A DNA stretch of 19,792 nt from Candidatus Bathyarchaeia archaeon (GCA_050010755.1 JBEKKK010000008.1:1-19792), one strand, 5' to 3'; positions 1-9,525 are shown, numbered from the stretch's first letter. Translations and numbers: made by a program. The notes: generated by a model from the letters alone, not told the origin.

Positions 1-116
1 TCCGCGCCGACGTTGATGCCCGCGAAAAAAGTGGATGCCAAAATGATGCCCAGCAACAGGGCTATAAACAGTGGCCACGAACGAACCAGCCGCTTAAACG
101 TGTACGAGAACGACAA
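1..116 (-). CDS. 5' part of a probable FtsX/MacB-like ABC transporter permease (runs off the left edge)
   Basis: Manual translation from TTG at 116: MSFSYTFKRLVRSWPLFIALLLGIILASTFFAGINVGA. An amphipathic helix plus first TM helix is typical of FtsX-family N-termini. Not in the ORF track. Confidence 0.6.
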   Translation of the reverse strand, partial: MSFSYTFKRLVRSWPLFIALLLGIILASTFFAGINVGA

Positions 117-249
117 GTTTAACCAAATAGTAGTTTCACCTATTGCCAATTTCAACGTTTTGGTTCAACGCGCGCTTACGCAGAAGACCATTTAATTGGG
201 CGTGCTACTTATATGTAGAACTGAACATTACTTTGGTTGGGTGTCAAAC

Positions 250-999
250 TTGAGCAAAACAAACGAATCGAAAATCCCCAGAAAAGGCGCCCTTATTGCT
301 CTCGGAATAATCTCCATCGTTCTAGTAGCCATCTTGGGCGGTGTGATTGCAGAATACACACTGATGACAAACGACAAGAACAACACAATCTCGACTCTAA
401 ACAATCAGGCTTCTCAACTAAACTCTACGATAGCAAATCTTCAAGGCCAAGTTGCCTCTGCCAATTCCTCCATCAGCGCGCTGACATCAGAGCTTACAAA
501 CATGACCAATAAAGTCACAAACCTAACAAGCGAAGTCACAAACCTAACGAGTGAGGTTACAAATCTGACAAGTCAATTGGCCGCGTTCCTTCCCAACGAT
601 TCAAGCACGTACTTCGCCATTTCAGACCTGGCCGGAACCTATCTAACGATAGGAACCGCATACAACGGCTCGGGCAGCCCGCCTGTTTCCGTCCTGTTCA
701 ACAACCTCGCGTTCAACTGGACACCGGTCGGAGGAGACGCAAGCAACGTTAGAATATTCATTCTGGGAATAACCTACCCCGAACAAACTTGGTGGCCAAA
801 TCTGACCAAAAATGGCACCTCAACTTATACAGGAACGATAGAGCTCGGATCCCCAGTGCTCATCGAAAAACAGGATAACGGAACATACACCTTCCCAATA
901 TTAGTAGACGCAGACCAAGCCAACGGAACGATAACGCTAAACTTCAACGCGACCATGCCGGGGGGCAACTTCATCTGGGTGGGACAGTATGTTTCCTAG
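250..999 (+). CDS. Membrane-anchored surface protein with coiled-coil stalk and C-terminal beta-rich domain
   Basis: ORF 196..999; likely start TTG 250 after TATA-like TTATAT (~209) and GGGTG. N-terminal TM, VTNLTSE heptads, many N-x-S/T sequons. Confidence 0.8.
   Translation: MSKTNESKIPRKGALIALGIISIVLVAILGGVIAEYTLMTNDKNNTISTLNNQASQLNSTIANLQGQVASANSSISALTSELTNMTNKVTNLTSEVTNLTSEVTNLTSQLAAFLPNDSSTYFAISDLAGTYLTIGTAYNGSGSPPVSVLFNNLAFNWTPVGGDASNVRIFILGITYPEQTWWPNLTKNGTSTYTGTIELGSPVLIEKQDNGTYTFPILVDADQANGTITLNFNATMPGGNFIWVGQYVS
514..576 (+). repeat. 3 x 21-bp coding tandem repeat (VTNLTSE heptad)
   Basis: gtcacaaacctaacaagcgaa / gtcacaaacctaacgagtgag / gttacaaatctgacaagtcaa. Confidence 0.9.
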
Positions 1000-1139
1000 T
1001 GTTTAGCACGCGCCAGCACGCACGAAACTTCTTCCGATACACATAGAAAGATGATTACAACAGAAGAATGGTCATCCACAAGACCAAGTCAATAATGAAG
1101 TCTAAAGCTCTTTTTTGGAACGCTGCCTAGGCAACATGG

Positions 1140-1186
1140 ACACACATGTGGATCCATTACGCGGATCCATTACATCAGATGTGTGT
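1140..1186. repeat. Intergenic direct repeat inside an inverted repeat
   Basis: GGATCCATTAC at 1150-1160 and 1163-1173, flanked by ACACACAT (1140-1147) and ATGTGTGT (1179-1186). Confidence 0.7.
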
Positions 1187-1301
1187 GAAAAAAGGGGAGG
1201 GGGCACCCCCAACGATTTGTACATTGTGATCCAAGTGCCTTCGCCTGGTAATCGTCAAACTTAATAGTTGAATTAGCCTATGATTCAGTTAGGTATGCTG
1301 T

Positions 1302-2144
1302 TTGGGAATTTTGTCTGTTATTGAAGAATTTCTCAAGCGAAGTGATGAATTCTTAAAGAATTTGATTGACGAGAAGGGTCTGACCGATTATTTTGTTGAT
1401 GCCAATTTGGCCATCTTGTTGCTTTCGGCTGTTTACGGGGCGACTATGGGAACTTGGGCCGGCGGGTTGTCGATTCTCTACAGTGCATTAAAAGTTCCGA
1501 TACTCCTGCTCATCTCTCTTTATTTAACTGTCCCGAGTTATTATGTGCTCTATTCGCTTCTGGGCGGAAAGCGAACATTGCGTCAGACCACTATGCTCTT
1601 GCTGTTCAGTTTCACCGTGATGGCGACGGTTCTGATTGCCCTCGTTCCCATAAACCTGTTCTTCGTCATCACAACCACGAGATCTTCTAACACGTACGCG
1701 TTCATGGTTCTTCTCAACATTGTAATCTTCACCCTAGCCGGCTTTTTCGCGCTCACCAACTTTGTCAAGGGCGCCAAAGTGCTGTACGGAGAGTCTCTAG
1801 AGAACTGGAAGCCCGCGTTCCTCCTCGGAAGCCTAATCCTCATGATTGTCGGAACCCAGCTGGCATGGGTCCTAAGGCCGTACTTTGATTACTACCCATG
1901 GTTCATAAGGCCACTGGAGAGTAATTTCTACACCGCCATGGTACAACTGGCTTCGCAGTTCATAGGCACGGGCGGAGCTTATCTCATCGCCGCTGTTCTC
2001 GTCATCATCATTGTTTTGCTGTTCGTCACTGCCCTCGGACAAGCTGCAAAAGAGATGCCCCCACTGCCCCCACCTCAATTAGAAAAGACCGAAGAACCCT
2101 CCAAACAGACTATGGGACCCGAAGAAGCCGACTTGACTAAATAG
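1302..2144 (+). CDS. Polytopic membrane protein of unknown function (GTQLAWxLRP family, Yip1-like topology)
   Basis: About 6 hydrophobic segments; YGATMG, KVP and GTQLAWVLRP motifs; Pro-rich acidic tail. Confidence 0.8.
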   Translation: MGILSVIEEFLKRSDEFLKNLIDEKGLTDYFVDANLAILLLSAVYGATMGTWAGGLSILYSALKVPILLLISLYLTVPSYYVLYSLLGGKRTLRQTTMLLLFSFTVMATVLIALVPINLFFVITTTRSSNTYAFMVLLNIVIFTLAGFFALTNFVKGAKVLYGESLENWKPAFLLGSLILMIVGTQLAWVLRPYFDYYPWFIRPLESNFYTAMVQLASQFIGTGGAYLIAAVLVIIIVLLFVTALGQAAKEMPPLPPPQLEKTEEPSKQTMGPEEADLTK

Positions 2145-2271
2145 CACGCGCAATGCAAATGATCACAAATTCATAAATGTTATCAAGCCTCCCCAAACAT
2201 CAGAACAAGAATTAAATAAGAGCGCAACCTAGTCTAACATGCTGAATCTTGGAGTCTGAGGTAGGTAAAGC

Positions 2272-2502
2272 ATGGAGATAGATGAGATTTTCAAACTCTC
2301 AAGAGAGAACGCTGAATGGTTGAAGGAAAACTATGAGAGTCTAAAGAAGAAATACGACAACAAATGGGTCATAATACAAGAGAAGAAAGTGGTGCACAGC
2401 AGTAGCATGTTCGATGAAGTAATGAAAGCTGCAAGGAAATATGACCCTAAAACTGTGATAGTCGAGTTCATGCAAACACAACAGATAGCAATGTTCTTCT
2501 AG
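2272..2502 (+). CDS. DUF5678-like small protein
   Basis: NxEWLxxNYExLxxKYxxKWVII...VV motif; 76 aa; directly upstream of an aspartyl protease gene. Confidence 0.75.
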   Translation: MEIDEIFKLSRENAEWLKENYESLKKKYDNKWVIIQEKKVVHSSSMFDEVMKAARKYDPKTVIVEFMQTQQIAMFF

Positions 2503-2576
2503 TCTATGGTCAAGAGGGGACGGCCATCAAATTCCGTGGTCTAGTCATTGACCGTCGCCCAACGATCCAAGTTCTG

Positions 2577-2969
2577 GTGGAGATTCCAGCTTTTCACAAA
2601 CAGAGAGTCATCAATTTCTTGGTGGATACAGGGTCTGTTTTTTCTGCTATAACAGAAAAAGAAGCAACTCTAATGGGAATAGAGTGTGCAATTCTGCCAG
2701 AAGCAAAGGGGGACGCCATAGGGTTCGGTGGATTCTTCAAGAACAGAATGATAAATAGATCCGTTTTCCTTATCTTCGATTCTGGCAAAGAAAAATATAA
2801 AATCAACTTTAGCAGTGGTCTTAAGGTAATCTGTGTCCCATCTGATCTTGACCAGGAAGACAGAGAAAGGTACTTCAGATTAACGCCTTGCGTTCTTGGG
2901 ATGGATGTCTTGCGATATTTTGAGACACGCGTGAGCAAAGACAGAATAGAATTGGAGTTAATTCCTTGA
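2577..2969 (+). CDS. Retropepsin-like (clan AA) aspartyl protease; true start probably upstream near 2520-2526
   Basis: FLVDTGS catalytic motif, GFGG flap, VLGMDVL motif. The frame is open upstream (IKFRGLVIDRRPTIQVL). Confidence 0.85.
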   Translation: MEIPAFHKQRVINFLVDTGSVFSAITEKEATLMGIECAILPEAKGDAIGFGGFFKNRMINRSVFLIFDSGKEKYKINFSSGLKVICVPSDLDQEDRERYFRLTPCVLGMDVLRYFETRVSKDRIELELIP

Positions 2970-3012
2970 CCTGGCGCGCGTTACTGGAAAAGCTACGTGG
3001 GTCAGCGAAAAA

Positions 3013-4347
3013 CTATCTAGACGATTCTGTGGGAAGCTGTTTTTGTTTCTGTTTTTGTCTTCCTCTCAGGTAGAGTACCGTCAACAGTATGGGCAGGATT
3101 ATGGTGACGATGGACAGTGAAAAAGTGAGGATTGGGAACCCTGGGGAGCGGCCTAAGGCGTATACCATGCCGTCAGGTCCTCCGTCCACGTAAATCAATC
3201 CATCAGCCACGATGGGAGGGCCTTCGAATCCGGGGCTGCCTCGGCTCCAAACGATAGCTCCAGTAGTAGCGTTAAGGCCGTAAATGGTTCCATTAGCTCC
3301 TGCAAAGACAACGTTTCCGGCTACGGCGGGAGACGTAACGATGGAAGCGAAACCGAACTCACTTATCCAAACGGGGGCACCGGTACTGGCGTTCAGACAA
3401 TACAAACAATCGTTAACGGTCGCGTCGTCGCCGTCAGGTGCGAAGTAGACAAGACCGTTAACAACTGCAGCAGACTGCGATATCATGTTAACTGCTGCGT
3501 ATTTCCAGACGAGCGCTCCAGTAGCGGCGTCCAAACAATAGAAGTTGCCGTCCTTTGACCCTGCGTAGACCAGGCCGTTGACAACGGTGGGGGAGCACGG
3601 CGGAGAAAGGCTTCCAAACTCATAATTCATATCGGGACCCGTCGTGTAATTCCAAGAGAGCGATCCATCCGTGGCGTTCAAGCAGCAGATACTGTTGTCG
3701 CAGAGTGCAATGTAGAGCCTGTCTCCAACGACGGCGGGGGAAGACATAGGCCCTTGCACTGCCAGGTTTTTTTCCCAGACGGTGGCGCCCGTGTCAGCGT
3801 TCAGACAGTAGACGGCATAACCTCCAACGTAAACGAGGTTCCCCAAGACGGCTGGAGAAGAGCCTGATGAGCCTGTTTCGGTTTCCCATATGAGCGCACC
3901 CGTTGTGGCGTTCAAAGCATAAAGATAGCCGTTGTTCGACCCCACAAAAACAATGTCTCCTGAAACAGCAGGAGTATCAGAGATCCAATTTTCAGGGGGA
4001 GAACTCTGAGCCCCGTCAGGTATCACGTATTTCCAAACCAGCGCTCCGGTAGCAGCGTTCAAACAGTAAACATTCCCATAGAACGATCCCACGTAGAGAA
4101 GGTTGTTGGCAACGGAGAGATATTGAGTCCAATCGTTTGTATTGTAGCTCCACAACGTGCTGTTTGTTGCTGGGACGCTTGAAGTTGAAACTCCCGTGTG
4201 GCTCACGTCATGATTAAACATCGGCCACCAATCCGTACTCGAAGCCTGAGAGCCATCGTTTGCTTGGACAAAATGAAACGAGAAGGCAGTTATGAATAGG
4301 CTGAAAAATAACAATGCCAACAACGCTGAGAAAAGGATTCCTTTCAC
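3013..4347 (-). CDS. PQQ-binding-like (BamB-type) beta-propeller surface protein with signal peptide and C-terminal TM anchor
   Basis: WPMFxHD motif, about 8 repeats of SPAV..g.vY...YCLNA.TG...W, hydrophobic C-terminus followed by basic residues. Confidence 0.92.
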   Translation of the reverse strand: MKGILFSALLALLFFSLFITAFSFHFVQANDGSQASSTDWWPMFNHDVSHTGVSTSSVPATNSTLWSYNTNDWTQYLSVANNLLYVGSFYGNVYCLNAATGALVWKYVIPDGAQSSPPENWISDTPAVSGDIVFVGSNNGYLYALNATTGALIWETETGSSGSSPAVLGNLVYVGGYAVYCLNADTGATVWEKNLAVQGPMSSPAVVGDRLYIALCDNSICCLNATDGSLSWNYTTGPDMNYEFGSLSPPCSPTVVNGLVYAGSKDGNFYCLDAATGALVWKYAAVNMISQSAAVVNGLVYFAPDGDDATVNDCLYCLNASTGAPVWISEFGFASIVTSPAVAGNVVFAGANGTIYGLNATTGAIVWSRGSPGFEGPPIVADGLIYVDGGPDGMVYALGRSPGFPILTFSLSIVTIILPILLTVLYLRGRQKQKQKQLPTESSR

Positions 4348-4528
4348 CCGTTTTCTCCCCTGTTAAAGATTATGGCGCCTAGGAAATCAAATTTGTGGTT
4401 TCCGCGGAGCTGTTGCCCAAGCGCGATAACGTGCTTCTTTCGGGGTATGCCAACATTTTCAATTACCATTAGTCACAAGACTATTCTATTTGATTCCACC
4501 GCGCACCGCTAAACCAGTGCGTACAGCA

Positions 4529-5041
4529 TTATCCTTCCGTTCTTCTGATATACTCGATTTTCTGTTTTGTCCTGTTCTCTACCGACAAAGCCGTTATGAA
4601 AGGTTCCCCAAATTCATTGGAAACCTGCTCCCTCTCAGTCCGCAGCAGACCCTTCTTCTCGACAGTAAATGCGCAACCGCTGAAAAGGCCCGTTATAGCT
4701 ACCTTGTCATCCCCGGCAACGTCGAGGTCGGCCAAGTACTTTACCAGAATGCTAGTGCCCGCATCGTCTTCGAGATAGAAATACGTCGCCGAGGCCATCG
4801 ACTCCACAGTTTTTGGCCCGCTCATGAAACCCCAAGTCTGCACCGTCGTCTGATCCGTCTCATCGATGCTGACCACACCCTTCACTTGACCCTCGACACT
4901 CACGGCTTTTGTATGGTACTGCTGTTGATGATGAAGAAGCTCGAGAACGCTTAACTTCACAGGCGACAATTCTGATGCCATCTTTCCTAGTTCATTCCAA
5001 GCGAAAGCTGGAAACTTCATGCTAAAATCTTTTGTTGACAC
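4529..5041 (-). CDS. Hypothetical protein, probable OB-fold
   Basis: KAVSVEGQV...FYLEDDAGTSILV...GDDKVAITG pattern; GGGTGA RBS and TATA-like box upstream. Confidence 0.7.
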   Translation of the reverse strand: MSTKDFSMKFPAFAWNELGKMASELSPVKLSVLELLHHQQQYHTKAVSVEGQVKGVVSIDETDQTTVQTWGFMSGPKTVESMASATYFYLEDDAGTSILVKYLADLDVAGDDKVAITGLFSGCAFTVEKKGLLRTEREQVSNEFGEPFITALSVENRTKQKIEYIRRTEG

Positions 5042-5456
5042 GACAAATCACCCGTTAATTGCATCATCCGTAGAACTATATATAACTTCAAGCACGCGCT
5101 AAGCCAAATTAGCTCAAATCTCAGGCGACGCTGAACGCAAATTTTTAACCTACTCATACAGGCTCAATTGATTTTGGGAATATGGATGTCTTAGTCAGCC
5201 AAGAGCGCGTGCTGTTCAAGAAACGGAAGTGAATGAAAAATGGGCCGGGAGAGGTTTGAACATGGCCTAACTTGGAGAGGTCTCCCGCACAATTCCCTTT
5301 TTTTGTGTACCCCGCTGATGCTTTTAGATACAGAGTCAATGAATCGTTGGGCGTGGTGGGCAATTGAGCATAGAGGCGCGCGACTTAGAACAGTGAACTG
5401 CAAGGATCAGAAGTCTTATATTTAGAGCATTGGAACAACCAGTTTGGCGAAAAATC

Positions 5457-6080
5457 ATGTTAAAATCTGAGAATTCAACTCCTATGCCTTCCGCACCTCC
5501 TATTCCTCCCCCATTAGGTGCAACGCCCAAGAGTCGTATGAAGCTTATCATTGCTTCCATACTCATAATCGTCGTTGTCATCGCGGCCGTTCTAGGTTTC
5601 TGGCTGTTGAGATCTGGAGGAGGAAACCAGTCATGGATTTTTAAAGGGGCCTACGCGAACTTTCAGGGACAGGAAACACTAGCAGGCTTGGGTTACACTC
5701 TGAACATGACGATTCACATGGAAGTCTTGGGCTTCAACAGCACGGAAGTGGAGATATTCTCAAACACTACCTCGGAAACAGGGTTAGGAACGCCCTTCAG
5801 CTACAATTATACATCGTGGATGCTTCGCACCAGCGCTAACGACTTCAACGTCGAAGGCGGAAATTTGACTAACAGCTATGACACAACCGTCACATTGAGC
5901 AACTTGGGGAAACGCAACTGCATAGCCTATGAATACTCGATCTCGGGAATAAATGAGACCATGACAGTATACGTTGACAAAACAGTAGACTTTCCAGTCG
6001 AGTGGAGCGTGACCTCCACAGGAACCCCCAGCCTCAACTTTGACGTCACTCTAGTATCAACGAACATACCTGGCCTGTAG
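5457..6080 (+). CDS. Membrane-anchored extracellular protein
   Basis: ORF 5430..6080, ATG at 5457 preferred. Pro-rich N-terminus, single TM, Thr/Asn-rich beta domain ending TNIPGL. Confidence 0.8.
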   Translation: MLKSENSTPMPSAPPIPPPLGATPKSRMKLIIASILIIVVVIAAVLGFWLLRSGGGNQSWIFKGAYANFQGQETLAGLGYTLNMTIHMEVLGFNSTEVEIFSNTTSETGLGTPFSYNYTSWMLRTSANDFNVEGGNLTNSYDTTVTLSNLGKRNCIAYEYSISGINETMTVYVDKTVDFPVEWSVTSTGTPSLNFDVTLVSTNIPGL

Positions 6081-6321
6081 TTGACGCGTGCTAACGCTCC
6101 CTTCCCTTAACTCCGCTCTCTCAAAATCCTGTCTTCTCCTCGATGGCCAAATGCAGAGGCATCAGGTACTTTGCAAATTGATTTCGGAGCAACCCCGCGG
6201 GCTAAGCCTTGTGGAAAGATCTTTCATATCAGCGCAAGCCGTACTGGTTTTAGAACAGGCTGTTCTAATGCTTGGCATTAAGTCGAGGCAAGACACATTA
6301 ATTATTCGAGGTGCTCCGAGA

Positions 6322-6720
6322 GTGGTTCCTGTTAGGGAGGCACAAAAACGTAGCATGTTGATTGTAGTTATTGCCATCGCATCAGCTTTTGTTGTGATCG
6401 TTCCATTGTTTGGCGTGTTTGGTTTTCCACTTTATCCTGTTCCTGTGCCGGTGACCGTTGATGAGCTCAATGCGAATCCAGGCTTCTGGGTTGGAAGAAC
6501 AGTAATTGTTGAAGGACAAATCAGATTCATGCTCTCAATTCCGGAAGACAAACTAAAATTTCTTCTCGTGCTTCGTTCGGAAGATGGAATCATCGGAATT
6601 GACTTTAAAAACCCAGGCTTCAGCGTGTATGACCAGAACGTCACAGTCATAGGAATAGTCAAACGTACGTTGATCTATGAAGCGTACTATCTGGAAGCCT
6701 ATGTATTTTTCAAAAAGTAG
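6322..6720 (+). CDS. Membrane-anchored OB-fold-like protein
   Basis: GAGGTG RBS (6308-6313) before GTG 6322; TM then VTVDEL..P..WVGRTVIVEG...NVTVIG. The upstream part of ORF 6088..6720 looks non-coding. Confidence 0.7.
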   Translation: MVPVREAQKRSMLIVVIAIASAFVVIVPLFGVFGFPLYPVPVPVTVDELNANPGFWVGRTVIVEGQIRFMLSIPEDKLKFLLVLRSEDGIIGIDFKNPGFSVYDQNVTVIGIVKRTLIYEAYYLEAYVFFKK

Positions 6721-6892
6721 GAAGACGGGTCGAAACCGTGCCTAGCCCTCGAGCGCGCCTGGTGGACTGGTAATAATCGACCTTCTCACTCATTAGCGCT
6801 AGAAAATTACAAAAAACTACTAAACTCTAGCCCCGAAAAAAGTGGGGGGTTTGGCCTAGACTTTGCCAAGTCTATGCGTAGCGCGTGCCGTG

Positions 6893-7474
6893 CTAGGCGT
6901 GGCTTTCGAAGTTTCTGGCTACCAGTGTGACGTCTTCCATGTTGACTGTGCCATCGCCGTTGATGTCTGCAGCAGGGTTCCAGTTTGGACCGCCTGGAGT
7001 AGAGCCGAATGCTCTGGCAACCAACGCAATGTCCCTCAGGTCGACTACTCCGTCACCATTGACATCGCCCAGAAGTTTGATTGTGACGTTCCCGTCGGAG
7101 AGTGTGGTCGAGCCCGTGGGTATCGTTGCGACTGCTGTAAGCGTGTAGTTTTGGTAGGGGACGCCCTCAGTGTTCCACGTGAATGTGAACGTCAAGCTCT
7201 GTCCAACGCCCAACGACAGTCGGTACGTGTTCACGCTCTCGGCGGCTGTCACGTTGTAGTAGACGGTGACTGACACGGCGGGTTCATTGAAATCTCCGAC
7301 GTTCTTGACCGTGACGTTGATTGTGAGTGTTCCTCCTCGGTAGACCCATGTAGTGCTGGCTGTTAAGTTCGTCACCATGACTTCATGGATACCAGTCTCG
7401 GAAGCGCGGGCGCTAAAGAGGGGCAAAACCATCAACAACAAAAGCAAAATCACTATTGAGCTAAGCTGCTTCAT
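6893..7474 (-). CDS. Secreted CARDB (Ig-like) plus type I dockerin domain protein
   Basis: AAGGAG RBS before ATG 7474; signal peptide; INVTVKNVG CARDB motif; GDVNGDGVVDLRD and ADINGDGTVNMED Ca-binding loops. Confidence 0.9.
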   Translation of the reverse strand: MKQLSSIVILLLLLMVLPLFSARASETGIHEVMVTNLTASTTWVYRGGTLTINVTVKNVGDFNEPAVSVTVYYNVTAAESVNTYRLSLGVGQSLTFTFTWNTEGVPYQNYTLTAVATIPTGSTTLSDGNVTIKLLGDVNGDGVVDLRDIALVARAFGSTPGGPNWNPAADINGDGTVNMEDVTLVARNFESHA

Positions 7475-7755
7475 TTCTCCTTTCTCCGTGCAACAAATGA
7501 TGGACAATTCAAAGAATTAACATTTGTGGAACGCTCTTCTATAACATATTACAGCACAGCCCACGCTCTTGAGCGCGCTTTCCAAGACTCACAATGTTTT
7601 AGTCGCTAAGGTACGGTACTCTGATTAGAAACACCTGTCGTAATGTTGAGAGCTTGCGTTTTGGCCCCTTATTCCGGTTGCGCGCGCAATCAGTCTGCGC
7701 GTTGCGCCAGAACATCTTTGCACAAGTCTTATCTGTTTGTTGAACTACGTATAAA

Positions 7756-9438
7756 ATGGAGAAGGGGAAGATGCGGAAGGTATTTTCTGGATTAGTTATG
7801 CTTATGCTTCTGGTCGGCACGTTAGCCGCGGGGTTTAAGATTCAACCAGCAAGTGCGGACAATGTTGATTGGTGGCCAATGTTTCATCACGACCTCAGCC
7901 ACTCGGGAACTTCAACATCAACAGCCCCAACCACAAACAACACCCTCTGGACATACACGACAGGCAGCTATGTGTGGTCCTCTCCTGCCGTTGTCGGCGG
8001 TCTCGTCTACGTTGGATCTGCTGATGATAAGGTATACTGCCTGAACGTTGCTACCGGATCGTTCGTCTGGAGCTACATGACAAATGGCTCTGTGTATTCT
8101 TCTCCTGCCGTTGTTGGTGGCCTGGTCTACATAGGGTCGTTGGACAGGAATGTCTACTGCCTGAATGCAACTGACGGAACGTTCGTCTGGAGCTACACGA
8201 CAGGAGGCCCGGTGGAGTATTCTTCTCCTGCCGTTGTTGGCGGTCTGGTCTACGTAGGATCTTATGATTATAGGGTATATTGCCTGAACGCTGCTACCGG
8301 AGCGTTCGTCTGGAGCTACCTGACAGGCAGCTATGTGTGGTCTTCTCCTGCTGTCGTTGGTGGCCTGGCCTACGTAGGATCTGCTGATCATAACGTTTAC
8401 TGCCTGAACGCCGCAACTGGAGCGCTCGTCTGGAACTACACCACAGGCAACTGGGTGGAGTCTTCTCCTACAGTTGTTGGTGGCCTCGTCTACGTCGGAT
8501 CAGTAGATAATAAGGTATACTGCCTGAACGCTGCTACCGGAGCCTTCGTCTGGAGCTACTTGACAAATGCCACGGTTCAGCCTTCTCCTGCCGTTGCTAG
8601 CGGCCTAGTCTATGTGGGATCTAATAATGATAATATTTACTGCCTGAACGCTACTACCGGAGCGCCCGTCTGGAGCTACATGACAGGCGGCTATGTACAG
8701 TCTTCTCCTGCCGTTGCTAGCGGCTTAGTCTATGTGGGATCTAGTGATGATAATGTTTACTGCCTGAACGCTACTACCGGAGCGCCCGTCTGGAGCTACA
8801 TGACAGGTAACGTGGTGCGGTCTTCTCCTGCCGTGGCCAACGGAGTAGTTTACGTAGCATCACAAGATGACAATATCTACGCTATCAGCAGCGGTGTTCT
8901 ATTAAGCGTCGGCTCGAACGTCACGGTTTCTCCGACAAACAACCTTAACCTGACCTTCGCGAACGTTACAGCCGCGGGCATTGCAACCGCGAGCGGAACG
9001 CCGACTGTTCAAGCGCCCGTTCTGAACAACACCGTGGGATTATACTACGTCATCAACGTAATGGCCAGTTTTTCTGGCAACGTGACGGTGAGCCTAGCCT
9101 TTGACGGGTCAAACATGACGCAACAACAGAAAAACAGCCTGACTATGGTGCAGTACACGCCGATAGTGGGCGACGTCCAATCCCCGTTCGGCACGGTTAA
9201 CATGAGGGACATTGCGTATATTGCAAGGCACTTCGGGACAAACTCCGCGAGTCCCAACTGGGATCCCGTCTGTGACCTCAACAGTGACGGCAAAATAGAC
9301 ATGAAAGACATGGCCTTGGTGGCTAGGCACTTCGGGTTCACCGCCAGCTGGGTAATCATCACCACTTACGTTGACACGACGAGCAACGTCATATACGGAA
9401 GCACAACCCACTTCTCGTTCATAGGAATACACTCGTGA
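7756..9438 (+). CDS. Secreted PQQ-like beta-propeller protein with C-terminal beta domain containing a dockerin
   Basis: Signal peptide, WWPMFHHD, 8 x ~40-aa repeats, dockerin (GDV..FGTVNMRD / DLNSDGKIDMKD), C-terminal TTHFS. Start may be ATG 7771. Confidence 0.92.
   Translation: MEKGKMRKVFSGLVMLMLLVGTLAAGFKIQPASADNVDWWPMFHHDLSHSGTSTSTAPTTNNTLWTYTTGSYVWSSPAVVGGLVYVGSADDKVYCLNVATGSFVWSYMTNGSVYSSPAVVGGLVYIGSLDRNVYCLNATDGTFVWSYTTGGPVEYSSPAVVGGLVYVGSYDYRVYCLNAATGAFVWSYLTGSYVWSSPAVVGGLAYVGSADHNVYCLNAATGALVWNYTTGNWVESSPTVVGGLVYVGSVDNKVYCLNAATGAFVWSYLTNATVQPSPAVASGLVYVGSNNDNIYCLNATTGAPVWSYMTGGYVQSSPAVASGLVYVGSSDDNVYCLNATTGAPVWSYMTGNVVRSSPAVANGVVYVASQDDNIYAISSGVLLSVGSNVTVSPTNNLNLTFANVTAAGIATASGTPTVQAPVLNNTVGLYYVINVMASFSGNVTVSLAFDGSNMTQQQKNSLTMVQYTPIVGDVQSPFGTVNMRDIAYIARHFGTNSASPNWDPVCDLNSDGKIDMKDMALVARHFGFTASWVIITTYVDTTSNVIYGSTTHFSFIGIHS
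7945..8885 (+). repeat. About 8 x 120-bp coding tandem repeats (propeller blades)
   Basis: Recurring tcttctcctgccgttg...tactgcctgaacgc...gtctggagctac; 8581-8700 and 8701-8820 are nearly identical. Confidence 0.9.
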
Positions 9439-9525
9439 AATGCAGGAGGAACACCCCGCGCTGCAAACTCTTAAGAGTACGCGTTAGATGTGTAAGATTG
9501 CCGTTTCCGTGGGCTGGGTTGATTC

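Noticed and set aside
3013-4347. PQQ-dependent dehydrogenase or kinase call for the propeller proteins
   Set aside because: Only the repeat scaffold is seen, with no catalytic or kinase domain.
4490-4954. Alternative and antisense ORFs (e.g. 237..512, 4490..4954, 6863..7273, 7918..8391, 9793..10431, 17449..17715, 18384..18602)
   Set aside because: They overlap better-supported genes and have no recognisable motifs.
5154-5425. Short ORFs in the 5.1-5.4 kb gap, and 11730..11951 and 12065..12265
   Set aside because: No protein-like features; they run through repeat or structured non-coding sequence.
7945-8885. Diversity-generating retroelement TR/VR pair
   Set aside because: The repeats are in-frame blades, differences are not adenine-restricted, and no reverse transcriptase is present.
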